From the IMG/VR virus record IMGVR_UViG_2909298281_000005: a stretch of DNA of 47,442 bases; one strand, 5' to 3'. Shown piece by piece: positions 11,911 to 21,807 of this stretch; the stretch's first letter is position 1, and the number at the start of each line of letters is the position of its first letter. The position numbers and the translations under genes are program-made. A model generated the notes under the pieces. The model saw only the letters and a list, made by a program, of their open reading frames with translations. It did not search any database and was not told where the DNA came from. The stretch is from a virus. Taxonomy: Duplodnaviria > Heunggongvirae > Uroviricota > Caudoviricetes.

Positions 11911-12560
11911 TTGTCGGTATACCTCTCTCGTTTGCTCAGTTGTTCAGGAATATGGTGCAGCAGCTCGCCGTCACCACAGTAAATGGCGGCATGATTCGGC
12001 ACCGATGAACCAAAGCAGCACAGCAGCACATCGCCCGGTTGTGCTGATGACAACGGCACCTGATACAGCCCTGTGGCCTCCAGATTATCCAGATAGAGAT
12101 TCTGACCGTGACGCCACCAGTCATCCCCGCGATGAAAATCCGGCATCTCAATTCCCGCCAGATGGTAAGCGTCCCGGAACAGCGTGTAACAGTCCGTCAC
12201 CCCGTGCTCAAAGCGCCGCCCGGTGAGATGCGGCACACAGCGGAATTTATGAATCGCCCCCCGGCAGACCAGCCACCACGGCAAATCACTCTGCACCTGC
12301 AGCCGCCGGTCGGCCTCACTCAGCCAGGGCAGACCACCGGGGTGGCTGTGGACCAGCGCCACAATCTCTCCCTGCATTTCTGCACTCAGCCAGTCCTCCG
12401 GCGACATCCGGAAATACTCCTCCGGCTCACCGGATATATTCACGCAGGGAAAATATCTTTCCCCCTCCGGTGTTCTCACCACGAAGCCGCACGACTCCGC
12501 TGGCGCACATCGCCGGGCGTGCACCAGAATCGCTGATTCTGTCTCTGTCATGGGATTCAC
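11808..12560 (-). CDS. K: tail tip assembly protein K (MPN/JAB motif HSHPGG plus NlpC/P60-like Cys/His)
   Basis: 250-aa ORF between L and I; motifs visible in translation; 3-prime end overlaps I by about 100 nt. Confidence 0.8.
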   Translation of the reverse strand: MNPMTETESAILVHARRCAPAESCGFVVRTPEGERYFPCVNISGEPEEYFRMSPEDWLSAEMQGEIVALVHSHPGGLPWLSEADRRLQVQSDLPWWLVCRGAIHKFRCVPHLTGRRFEHGVTDCYTLFRDAYHLAGIEMPDFHRGDDWWRHGQNLYLDNLEATGLYQVPLSSAQPGDVLLCCFGSSVPNHAAIYCGDGELLHHIPEQLSKRERYTDKWQRRTHSLWRHRAWRASAFTGIYNDLAAASICV

Positions 12561-13255
12561 TGCGAAAGTTTGTTAATGGAAAGGAAGCCGCCAAAGTTGC
12601 CGACGTTATTGCGAAACTTACAGCCGCTCAGGCATTTGCTGCATTTATCCTTCGTGATATCGGACGTCGGCTGATCATATTCATCCGCGACCGCCGGACC
12701 GTGATAACCGCACTCATCACCGCGATAGGTCCAGGTGCAGGTGTTGGCCAGCATGATACGTCCCGGAAAAACGGCACCGTCCGTTTCCGTCGGCGTGGAC
12801 AGTACAAAAGAGGCACTCACCGCGCTCAGTTCACTGCACTGCTCGATGCGCCAGCGGCTGATCACCTCCTGCTCCGGATCGGCGTCACTGTTTCCGTTGA
12901 CGAAGTTCACCGCATCCAGAAAACGGGCGTAAACCTTACGCCGGACCACCGTTCCTCCGACCAGACTCTGCAGGTCTTCCGCCATCCCGGTGACCATGCC
13001 GTGCAGGTTAGAAACCGTCAGTGTCGGACGGGCAGCACTGCCTTTGCCGTTCAGTTCAAATCCCGTCCCCTGAATGGGATACGCCTGATACTGTCGCCCC
13101 TGCCAGGTGACCGGCTCACCTTTATCGTTCTGCTCATTACAGAAAAAATAACGTTCACCACCGACCACTGTCAGATCGATTTCCCAGAGCACCACCTGGG
13201 CTGACTGAGTGAGGCGTGTCGTCTCATGATGTGTTTCCTGTGAAATATCCTGCAT
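12557..13255 (-). CDS. L: minor tail protein L
   Basis: 232-aa ORF, lambda order M-L-K. Confidence 0.8.
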   Translation of the reverse strand: MQDISQETHHETTRLTQSAQVVLWEIDLTVVGGERYFFCNEQNDKGEPVTWQGRQYQAYPIQGTGFELNGKGSAARPTLTVSNLHGMVTGMAEDLQSLVGGTVVRRKVYARFLDAVNFVNGNSDADPEQEVISRWRIEQCSELSAVSASFVLSTPTETDGAVFPGRIMLANTCTWTYRGDECGYHGPAVADEYDQPTSDITKDKCSKCLSGCKFRNNVGNFGGFLSINKLSQ

Positions 13256-13264
13256 CAGGGCCTC

Positions 13265-13594
13265 CTATGCCACGACCTGTTCAAAATTTGCCGTTATGGT
13301 TACCCACAGCGCCCCCACGCTTGCCGACCATTTACGACAAACCACCCTGATCGGCTTCCAGTCATAAGGTGGCGTCCACTGAAATGCGCGGACGCCACCG
13401 TGCCGTTCCAGAAAGGCTTTTAAAGATGGGTGTTCACATTTACGAACACGTATCGTCACGCTGTAAATCGACAACTGGTTATTCAGTCCCGCCGCACGAC
13501 GCTGTTCATAACCATCGCCCAGCTTCACTGTCACCACTTTCGGCTCTGATACCACATTCATATCCGGGCGCACTTTCCAGTGAAACGTCTCCAT
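13265..13594 (-). CDS. M: minor tail protein M
   Basis: 109-aa ORF immediately downstream of tape measure gene. Confidence 0.8.
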   Translation of the reverse strand: METFHWKVRPDMNVVSEPKVVTVKLGDGYEQRRAAGLNNQLSIYSVTIRVRKCEHPSLKAFLERHGGVRAFQWTPPYDWKPIRVVCRKWSASVGALWVTITANFEQVVA

Positions 13595-16500
13595 TACCGA
13601 TATGCTCCACTTAACCGACCACCATCACGGGCCTGCTGTTGCATAAAGTCCGCTGCCGCTTTTTTCCCGAGGTCATAAACCACCTTCAGGGCAGCCGGAC
13701 CTATCTGCCCGTTCGTGCCATCGTTATTGATCTCGATGTTGTACTGCGGGGCAAACATCGCCATACCTGAACCACCAATATCCGCCACAACCCCCAGCTT
13801 ACCGTCAGCACCACGACGCAGTGGCAGAATGGCTTCAGGTCCCGCTTCCCCCATCACACCCGCGCCTTTTGCAAAAGCAAAAAACGTCGGACGGTTAACC
13901 ACCGTGCCACTGTAACGACTCAAATCAGCAGACTGATAAATCCCCCCATTGGCATTCAGGGAAAGGCTGCTGAGATCAAATCCCAGTACACTGCCAATCC
14001 CTTTTATCGATTTCATCATGGTTGCCTGCGCCAGGATTTTCGCCATATCTGACAGCACAGAAGAGGTGAAGGATTTGAAATTGAGTTTGCCGGTAGTGAC
14101 AAAAGTTGCCAGGCCATTTCCCATGTTGCTGAAGGCTGACGAGAACACCTGTTCTGCTGTTCCTGCCGTATTATCTGCATCCACGGTAAAATTCTGAAAT
14201 GCACGCAGGACTCCGTTTTTCCAGTTACCCTGCACAACTTCAAGCTGTTGCCAGTAACGGCGATTCTCATTCAGTTGTCGGTTCAGGCTCTCCGTCAGCG
14301 CCTGCTCGGCCTTTCTGTAGTCATCCGTGTTATATGTTCCTTTCTGCTCACTATCCCGCCTCAACTGCTCCAGCTGTTGCTGGTATTTCTGGCGAAGACT
14401 CAGTTGTACCTGATATCGCTGCCGCTGCTGATCACCCATACCCACCGTGGCGATATCCAGGTCATGTTGCTGACGCTGAGCGCGCTCTTCTTCAGCCAGT
14501 TGACTGGTCAGCTGAATTGTTTTTTTCTTCAGCTCGTTGAGTGCCGTCTGTTTCTGAAGCTCCTGCTGTTTTACATCCAGCAGCGTCAGTGCCTGAATCA
14601 GTTCATCTTTACGGGCCAGCACACTCTTTTCATCTGCCGTCAGTTTTTTCCCGTCCAGGTCGCTGATGCGCTGCTGCAGAGCCAGAAGCTGTTTATGCGC
14701 TTCTGTCATCCTTTCCGTGGCAATGCCTGCTGACTGTCTGGCAGCAGCAATCTGTCCTTCCACCTGTGCCTGTTGCTGACTGTACTGCAGCAATAACCGG
14801 GTGGCCTCATCATTACGGGGTTCGCGTGTTTTTTTCTTACCGGATGCCAGGGCTTTCTCGTAACGTTCATTTTCACGTTGTATCGCCGCATCCCTGACAG
14901 CCTGATCGGCGTACTGCATGGAATTAATACGCGCAATTTCACGCTGATGTCGTGCTGCTTCCGTTTCATTCATCCGGTTCAGTGCAGCATTTTCAGCATT
15001 ACGGCGTTTCTGTTGCTCCTGATAATTCTGCTCTGCCTGCTCTTTTGCATCCTGCAAATCCTTCTGGCGTTTTTTCTCCTGAAGCTCGTTAAGACGCTGC
15101 TGATCGTACTCAACCTGAGAAGATGATGCCGTCCAGGGGAGTCTTTTCGCCCGCGACACTTTCTCCTGTAAAGCGGAAATCTGTTCATCCAGCGAGTCTT
15201 CACGACCAATATTCATGGCCGCATCCCAGAAACGACTCCATAAATCAGACAGATACTTCAGCGTACTGCCCAGCGCATTGAGGTTATTATCAATATCCGC
15301 AGTACGCCGACCGGTTTCCTCTGCCAGTGCAGACATGGCTATCCGTGCCGCATCACTGGACCGCCCCTGTTCCCCAAGGACGCGTATCTGCTCAAGCTGA
15401 GTGGCAGTAAGAAAATGCAGCTCATTGTCCAGAGCCTTCGCGGCATTTACAGGATCATCCTTCAGCCGCTTAAACTGATTTATGGTATCGCTGACCGACT
15501 GGCCAACCGATCGCTCCATCTGTGCGGCAGCTCTCGCCACCATACCGATATCGTTTCCACGAAATGCACCACTCCCCACCACCTGAGCCAGCGCACCGGC
15601 TGCAGCATGTTGCGTGATACCATTCCCGGAAATAGCACGACTGAGCGTCCACAGCTGCCCGGCAGTGACTCCGGCATAATGCCCTGTCAGCGACAACTGG
15701 CGGTTAAATTCTTCCCCCTCCTTCTGACCATCATACCAGGCTTTACCCAGACCATAGACGGCCGCGGCAATACCGCCAATAACCCCGCCCAGCATCATGC
15801 CTTTCGGTGACATCAGTGTGTCTATCCATCCGGCACGGTTAGCCAGCGTTATCCCGGATCCCCTCAGCGCACCTAAATTGCCGCGAGCCAGTTCACCTAT
15901 CAGAACGCCTATCTCCTGGCGGGCCGCTGCACTTTTCAGACCCAGCGAATGCGTGGCTTTTCCTGCCTGCTCCATTTTGCGGATATACACTTCTGCAGCA
16001 CTGCTTACCCCCAGCTGGGCAGCCTTAGCACGAAGCAACTCAGAAGAAGAAAGATTCTGGCGGGTTGCCTGCTCTTTAAGCTGACGGATAAACGCCACTT
16101 TCTGTCGGGTAGCCTCTTCCTCAGCCTGTGTAAGAACACGGGTTTTCGCAGTAACCTCAGAAATCAGCGCCAGATAATCCTGCTGACCAATCCCGCCACT
16201 GTTTCTGGCCTGTCGGATCTGCTGCTGAATACGCTGTAATTCCTGCAGCCCCGCACTGGCCTGTTTCACACTGTCAATCTGACGATAAAACGCAGCAGCC
16301 GCTTTATCCTGAGCCTCCGCCAGAGCCATGGCCTGCGCCTGTTCCTCGCGCATTTTCTGGCTCAGTGCCTCCATGCGCTGGCGGGTTTTCTCCACCTCGC
16401 GGGCCATGCGTTCATGAGCCTGTGCGTTTTTCTCCACCGTCTGCGCATGGACGGATGCGGCTGTTGCAGCCGAAGAAGCTGCCTGCGTTGTCTGCCGGGC

Positions 16501-16659
16501 GGCCTGAGTCTGACGCTCCATAAAACGCTGCATACGGGCAGAAGACCGTTCTGCATCGCTGGCTGCACCATTCAGAAGGTTTTTGATACGGGGAATTTCA
16601 TTTTTAAACTCTGCCGCATCAATCCCCAAATCAATGACCAGGTTGGCTATCTGGTCCAT
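13594..16659 (-). CDS. H: tail tape measure protein H
   Basis: Long ORF (about 1021 aa from ATG at 16659) rich in coiled-coil-like Q/A/E/R stretches; GGAGGT 7 nt upstream of this ATG; track ORF starts 10 codons further upstream. Confidence 0.85.
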   Translation of the reverse strand: MDQIANLVIDLGIDAAEFKNEIPRIKNLLNGAASDAERSSARMQRFMERQTQAARQTTQAASSAATAASVHAQTVEKNAQAHERMAREVEKTRQRMEALSQKMREEQAQAMALAEAQDKAAAAFYRQIDSVKQASAGLQELQRIQQQIRQARNSGGIGQQDYLALISEVTAKTRVLTQAEEEATRQKVAFIRQLKEQATRQNLSSSELLRAKAAQLGVSSAAEVYIRKMEQAGKATHSLGLKSAAARQEIGVLIGELARGNLGALRGSGITLANRAGWIDTLMSPKGMMLGGVIGGIAAAVYGLGKAWYDGQKEGEEFNRQLSLTGHYAGVTAGQLWTLSRAISGNGITQHAAAGALAQVVGSGAFRGNDIGMVARAAAQMERSVGQSVSDTINQFKRLKDDPVNAAKALDNELHFLTATQLEQIRVLGEQGRSSDAARIAMSALAEETGRRTADIDNNLNALGSTLKYLSDLWSRFWDAAMNIGREDSLDEQISALQEKVSRAKRLPWTASSSQVEYDQQRLNELQEKKRQKDLQDAKEQAEQNYQEQQKRRNAENAALNRMNETEAARHQREIARINSMQYADQAVRDAAIQRENERYEKALASGKKKTREPRNDEATRLLLQYSQQQAQVEGQIAAARQSAGIATERMTEAHKQLLALQQRISDLDGKKLTADEKSVLARKDELIQALTLLDVKQQELQKQTALNELKKKTIQLTSQLAEEERAQRQQHDLDIATVGMGDQQRQRYQVQLSLRQKYQQQLEQLRRDSEQKGTYNTDDYRKAEQALTESLNRQLNENRRYWQQLEVVQGNWKNGVLRAFQNFTVDADNTAGTAEQVFSSAFSNMGNGLATFVTTGKLNFKSFTSSVLSDMAKILAQATMMKSIKGIGSVLGFDLSSLSLNANGGIYQSADLSRYSGTVVNRPTFFAFAKGAGVMGEAGPEAILPLRRGADGKLGVVADIGGSGMAMFAPQYNIEINNDGTNGQIGPAALKVVYDLGKKAAADFMQQQARDGGRLSGAYR

Positions 16660-16981
16660 AACGCACACCTCCGGAAATACCTTCCCCAAGATGCATCAGT
16701 TCTTCGTCCGTTCGCTCCGGTATCCCGTTCTCTTCCGGTAAAAGGCTGAAATCAGCCACCGCAGCATCACTGCTACCGGACACCATTCTCACGATCAATG
16801 CCTTCAGCGAGGCAAACTGCGCATCCATCCACACATCACTGAAGCTCTGCATCCGGAAATAATCGCCCCACTCACCAAGCTCAGTGGCCGACATTTCCGA
16901 CAGCATCCGCCGCCAGTCTGCCCGCCGGAACTCCCGGGCAAGCCGCATGACAAACTGCATTTCCCGCGTCAGGACTTTTCC
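16631..16981 (-). CDS. T: T segment of tail assembly chaperone G-T, in -1 frame relative to G
   Basis: Open frame overlapping the 3-prime end of G in the -1 frame; heptamer GGAAAAG lies just before the G stop codon; arrangement conserved in lambda-like tails. Confidence 0.6.
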   Translation of the reverse strand, partial: GKVLTREMQFVMRLAREFRRADWRRMLSEMSATELGEWGDYFRMQSFSDVWMDAQFASLKALIVRMVSGSSDAAVADFSLLPEENGIPERTDEELMHLGEGISGGVRYGPDSQPGH

Positions 16982-17358
16982 GGCGTCAGCACCTCATGCT
17001 CCAAATCCCCGGCATTCTCAATGACTCCCATACCGCTCAGCGACAGAACCATCTCCGCCCCCGCTCCCAGGGCATCATACGACCATGTTGTAATAACGGA
17101 TGCGCAAAGCGTCTCAACATTCTGAGACTGTTCCGCATTCCACAGTGAGCGGGAAACCAGCCAGGCATTGATAACCATCCCCATCCGCAGAAAAGCAATC
17201 TGTCGTTCAGCCTCCGGCAGTTCTCCCTCTTCGGCATCAAACTTTGCCGTTCGCTGCTGAACAAACGCCAGATATTCAATTCTCTGCAGCCCGGACAGCT
17301 CACTGAGCACCACGGGCTGCTTTTCATAATTAAACGTGCCCTGTTTCAGAAACATCAT
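16969..17358 (-). CDS. G: tail assembly chaperone G
   Basis: ORF between V and H; start taken at ATGATG preceded by GGTGGAGA; lambda G-like beginning MFLK... Confidence 0.7.
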   Translation of the reverse strand: MMFLKQGTFNYEKQPVVLSELSGLQRIEYLAFVQQRTAKFDAEEGELPEAERQIAFLRMGMVINAWLVSRSLWNAEQSQNVETLCASVITTWSYDALGAGAEMVLSLSGMGVIENAGDLEHEVLTPEKS

Positions 17359-17371
17359 GTTCTCCACCTGC

Positions 17372-17395
17372 AAAAAAGCCCCGGATAACCGGGGC
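17372..17395 (-). terminator. rho-independent terminator between V and G
   Basis: Minus strand GCCCCGG-TTAT-CCGGGGC followed by TTTTTT. Confidence 0.65.
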
Positions 17396-17415
17396 AAATG
17401 ATGAGTATCGTCCTG

Positions 17416-18165
17416 TTAACCTGCGGCGCTGACAGCCACCGCAGCCACGGCCACAAAATCGCCGTCAGAAGTCATGCCCACAATGCTGACACTGCCCTGC
17501 TTCACGCCTTTCACCGTGGCCACAAGCCCGTTCAGGGTCACCGTGGCAGTCTGTGGATCTGTCGAATGCACACTGATCGCTTTGTCACTGGCTCCGTCAG
17601 GTTTTACTGTAAAGGTCAGCGTGGTGGTTGCTCCCACTTTTACACTGGCAGATGCCGGTGCCACCGTCAGCCCGGTAACGCTCACTGTTTCAGTGCCTTC
17701 CTCTGCCAGATGCGGACGCCCCACACCGCTGATTTTCACTGTGCGGGTCATCACGTCTTTTGAGGCAATGGTTTTACCCAGTGAGCTCAGCCAGCCACGG
17801 AAAACATCAACAGTGCCGTTGGGATATTTGATACGAAACGCGCAGACTTCACCGGAGTCGAACAACTGAACCAGTTTTTTCTGCCCGCTGTCACCCGGAC
17901 GCCAGGCCAGCGTCGCCGAAGTATCACCGACGGATTTCTGCCCCTGGGTTGTCGTTTTCCAGTCTGCATCTTCATCATCGAGATAAGTGTCATCTTCTGC
18001 ATCAGCGGTCATTTCGCCAGGTTGCAGATCCTTCACCATCGCAAGACGCAGCCAGTCAGTGTCCGATAAAGGGTTCGCAAACGCATCGCCCTTGCCGGTG
18101 TACATCCAGAACGTCGTTCCCGCACCTTTCGTTTTTGCCAGTGGATTTGGTGTGGTCATTGCCAC
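17416..18165 (-). CDS. V: major tail protein V
   Basis: 249-aa ORF; translation closely parallels lambda V as recalled (…KGAGTT.W.Y.G.GD..ANPLSD.DW.RLA.VKDL.PGE.TA…). Confidence 0.9.
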   Translation of the reverse strand: MAMTTPNPLAKTKGAGTTFWMYTGKGDAFANPLSDTDWLRLAMVKDLQPGEMTADAEDDTYLDDEDADWKTTTQGQKSVGDTSATLAWRPGDSGQKKLVQLFDSGEVCAFRIKYPNGTVDVFRGWLSSLGKTIASKDVMTRTVKISGVGRPHLAEEGTETVSVTGLTVAPASASVKVGATTTLTFTVKPDGASDKAISVHSTDPQTATVTLNGLVATVKGVKQGSVSIVGMTSDGDFVAVAAVAVSAAG

Positions 18166-18170
18166 CTCCT

Positions 18171-18584
18171 TTAATTCGTGTACGTGATCTGGTACGTGAT
18201 TTCCGCCATCGCCCAGGTGGCCATCTCATTATCACGTTGATAGTTAAAACCGAGAGGGATCAGGGTGTCGATGAGTCCGGAAAGTGCCGGTATATCATTC
18301 AGAGCCGGGAAAATGGTGCTCTCCATCCACATATCCAGCTCTGAATCCGGTGCCTGTGCCCGGATGAAGACAGCAATATGCAGAACAGCCTGCCAGTCAT
18401 CTTCATCCGTCATTTTTCCGGTGTACTGAGCATCACTCAGCCACACCGCCACGGCAGGCAGTTCCTGCGCATCAATAAATGCCGGAAGCCCGTCAAAAAA
18501 CGTGGCGCTGTCTCCACACTGTTCCCGAAGGCGTGCCAGTACGGCCTGGCGGATTTGTGTATGTCGGTTCATCGGGTCAGCCAT
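18171..18584 (-). CDS. U: tail terminator protein, U-like
   Basis: 137-aa ORF at the U position between Z and V. Confidence 0.6.
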   Translation of the reverse strand: MADPMNRHTQIRQAVLARLREQCGDSATFFDGLPAFIDAQELPAVAVWLSDAQYTGKMTDEDDWQAVLHIAVFIRAQAPDSELDMWMESTIFPALNDIPALSGLIDTLIPLGFNYQRDNEMATWAMAEITYQITYTN

Positions 18585-19147
18585 AACCTCAGTTGTTGTT
18601 TCAGTGCATACCCCAGCTGTTTCGGCATTTCCGCAGCAATAATGCGGTCGCGGGCATCTTCAAATGCCTGTGTCAGCGGTCCGGACAGCGGGACTTTCAC
18701 CACATCAATGGGGTAACGATTTTTGCCATCAATACGCCGCATCACATGCCAGCGACCATTCGCCAGTTGCTGAATAAACGCATCCCGGAAAAGATATTTA
18801 CCCACCTTCAGCACACTGCCACGGTACTGCAGTTTTCCACCACGCCGGGCCAGTCTGACCCGGGCTGTCCCCAGCTTAATAGCGGGCAGATTGCCCCGGT
18901 TAACGCGGATCCTGGCCGTCATTTTTCCTGACGGACTGGCTTTAAACACCCGGACACGCTGACGTACCAGTTTCAGGGGGATCCCTTTCACCTGGTTATC
19001 TCCCGCAACGGTATTCCCGGCAACCTGCCGGGTGGCGACCGAGACCGCTTTCTGTGCCACACGGTTTATCGCCCATGCGCTGGCCTGTGGCACCATACGG
19101 GTATCAAGGCTGTTCAGATTACGGATGGCATTCTCAAGCCCCTTCAT
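18569..19147 (-). CDS. Z: tail completion protein, Z-like
   Basis: 192-aa ORF at the Z position. Confidence 0.6.
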   Translation of the reverse strand: MKGLENAIRNLNSLDTRMVPQASAWAINRVAQKAVSVATRQVAGNTVAGDNQVKGIPLKLVRQRVRVFKASPSGKMTARIRVNRGNLPAIKLGTARVRLARRGGKLQYRGSVLKVGKYLFRDAFIQQLANGRWHVMRRIDGKNRYPIDVVKVPLSGPLTQAFEDARDRIIAAEMPKQLGYALKQQLRLWLTR

Positions 19148-19158
19148 CCCACACCTCT

Positions 19159-19434
19159 TTACTCAATAAAGATCATTGGCTTACCGTTAAAACGTTCATG
19201 CCGTGTGACCGTCCATTGTTGTCCGTCATAAACAACGCGATCCCCGCGCCGTGGGCGGTATCCCGAAGAAAACACCACCAGAGAGACCGCAGGTCCGGAC
19301 AGAGCATTCAGCTCTGCCAGTGTTTCTCCCGGGATCACAGTCATATCGACATCATTAATCGAGGCTGTCTTTCCCATCTTTCTGACCGTGATAGCATCCA
19401 TACGCGCTGCCAGCCGGGAAAAGGGATCAGACAT
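19159..19434 (-). CDS. head-tail joining protein, FII-like (putative)
   Basis: 91-aa ORF at the FII position; loose resemblance only. Confidence 0.4.
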   Translation of the reverse strand: MSDPFSRLAARMDAITVRKMGKTASINDVDMTVIPGETLAELNALSGPAVSLVVFSSGYRPRRGDRVVYDGQQWTVTRHERFNGKPMIFIE

Positions 19435-19750
19435 TGAGTTTTACCGGCACTTCTTCTGCACTGGTTCCGGCATCTGCCCAGACAACCCCGACCAGCGGAT
19501 CAGAGCCGCTGTTAGTCAGCTGAACTTTTCCGGACTTCAGATAAACCTTCTTACCCGTTTTCATGTCATCCGTTTTCAGCTTAGGCAGCATAAACACACC
19601 TTCGGTCATGCCGTCGCCTGTTTCACCCTGTGGAATATCGGTCAGCGCCACCGCAAAAACATCGCCCACCTGCACCAGATCTCCGCTGCTGATGGCTGCA
19701 CTGGCAACAATCGCCACCGTTTTTCCTTCTTCTACAAAATTCTTTGCCAT
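19427..19750 (-). CDS. hypothetical head-associated protein (FI position)
   Basis: 108-aa ORF from ATG at 19750 with GGAGA upstream; follows the capsid-gene terminator. Confidence 0.4.
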   Translation of the reverse strand: MAKNFVEEGKTVAIVASAAISSGDLVQVGDVFAVALTDIPQGETGDGMTEGVFMLPKLKTDDMKTGKKVYLKSGKVQLTNSGSDPLVGVVWADAGTSAEEVPVKLNV

Positions 19751-19793
19751 AACTGTCTCCGCACAGCCCCGTTCAGGGGCTGATTTCAGGTAC

Positions 19794-19813
19794 AAAAAAA
19801 GCCCTTACGGGCC
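19794..19813 (-). terminator. short hairpin plus T7 run downstream of the capsid gene
   Basis: Minus strand GGCCC-GTAA-GGGC followed by TTTTTTT; short stem. Confidence 0.4.
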
Positions 19814-19836
19814 ATCAGAGTTGTTGTCTGCGACGT

Positions 19837-21794
19837 TTACGCCGTACATTTCACCAGACCGCGGTGATCAACTGGCGCGACACCGGCGTCAATACGCACT
19901 TTCGTTGTCACGCCATCCACACTGAATCCCTCCATCTGATCAATATATGGCGTATCCACACCGTTGAGATAAGCCACTTCAATCGTATCGGAGCCTTTTG
20001 ACGCAGCCAGGTAGAAGGTGGTCTGGCTGTTATCATCAAGACGAGGCTCTGCAATAACGGTCGCAAAATCTTTCACCGGGTTAATAATACCGGCGTTAAT
20101 GTCAGCCCCCTTGACACTTGAGGAGCGAATGACCTGGTTAGCAACAGACTCCATCGCCGTCGGTACCAGTACGAACGCAGGACGAATATTCAGATGACGC
20201 TCCCCCTCTTTCTGAACGCGCATCAACTGGCGGGCTTTATCCAGCGATGCCACGTCCATTGCAGCGCTCTCCAGTACGTTTGCATGTTTCGCTTTATCGA
20301 ACAGACTTACATTATCTGTGGAGATTTTCGGGTTAGACGTCAGAATGGCATAAACCAGATCGGCAATAGTGGATTTCGCCGCACGGCCCAGTTTCATCGG
20401 GACATCGGTCAGCATATTCAGATCATCATTGATAATGGCCTGACGGGTGATACTGAACAGCTCGCCATAGGTCGCCAGTGCAATAGTGGCCTGTTTATCT
20501 CCGGTGGTGACGTATTTATATTCCGCCCCTTCACGCACCTGACGCAGAGCACTGAAGCCCCCATACCCACACGATGGGCAATTTTAAAATCAGACAACTG
20601 ACCTTTCCGCGTCCACTGTTCATAGGTTTCAGGGGCATCTTCCCAGCCCTGCAGAATGGCTTTGTTCGCAACATCCAGCAGAATATTACCGAAGTCAGAC
20701 GTACTGTGTGTGAACGCCGCACCGACCATCTGCATCGGGTTATAACTGGAAACACCAATACCCCGTTCAGTCAGTGACATACGGGCATATTCACGCAGGG
20801 TCATCCCGTTGTAGACATTATCACGTTCGGTTTTTTCAAATCCGGCACGCGCCATCAGCGCCTGGCGAATCCCGTCCCCCACAAAATTACCGTTACCGGC
20901 ATAAATATGAGCCGGGGTATTTTTATTGGATGGCGTGGACTCGCGCCCCATCTCGTTCAACAGCTTTTCACGGGCCTGCTCCAGCGAACATTCAGGATCG
21001 GCAAGACACTGGGCCTGCAGCGTCTGATAACGCCCGCCAAACATGGCAAACAGATCATTAATACCGTTTACACGCGCTTTTTGCTCTGCCAGTACCTGCG
21101 CACGGATACTGTTTTCATCCACCACGGGTGCTGCTGCCTGCACTGGCGTCCGGGAGGCTGCAGGTTCATCATCCTGTACGCGTGGAGCACTGTTGCGTGG
21201 CGGAGTAATCATGTTTCGAATGGATTCCGGCATCTTTTTAAATTCCTCTGTACGTTTTGACTGAATACATGCCATTGCCTTAACGGCTGGTGTCACCTGA
21301 TCAGCAAATCCCTGTGCCAGACATTCGGCACCGGACATCCAGGTCTCATCCGCCAGCATGGCAGCAATTTCATCGGTGGTTTTCCCGGTTTTCTGTGCAT
21401 AAGCGGGTAACAGAACCGCCTCAACTTTATCGAGCAGGTCGGCATAGGTGCGCATGTCCTCCGCATCACCGCCCGTAAAGCCAAATGGTTTATGAATCAT
21501 CATGAAGGAGTTTTCCGGCATAATGACCGGGTTTCCCACCATCGCAATGACCGACGCCATTGACGCCGCCACACCGTCGACATAAACGGTAATGGACGCA
21601 CCATGTGTTTTCAGTGCATTAAAAATGGCGATGCCTTCAAAGACATCGCCACCCGGTGAATTAATATGGAGATTAATGTGGGTGATATCGCCCAGTGCAT
21701 TCAGATCACTGATAAACTGCTTCGCTGTAACACCCCAGAAACCAATCTCGTCATAAATATAAATATCCGCGTCACTCTGGTGACCTGCCTGCAT
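19837..21794 (-). CDS. prohead protease (ClpP-like) and major capsid protein, apparently one fused reading frame interrupted by a 1-nt frame break at a C5 run near 20558-20562
   Basis: ClpP-like motifs (...HINSPGGDVFEGIAIFNA...VDGVAASMASVIAMVG) in the upstream part; capsid-like C-terminal part; two track ORFs (20418..22055 and 19837..20538) overlap in different frames and would join as ...KIAHRVGMGGFSALRQVREGAEYKY... if the homopolymer had one more base. Confidence 0.65.
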
Positions 21795-21807
21795 CCTGAA
21801 CCAGGAA

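Noticed and set aside
12470-13204. 244-aa plus-strand ORF overlapping K and L
   Set aside because: Antisense to two syntenic lambda tail genes; no independent support.
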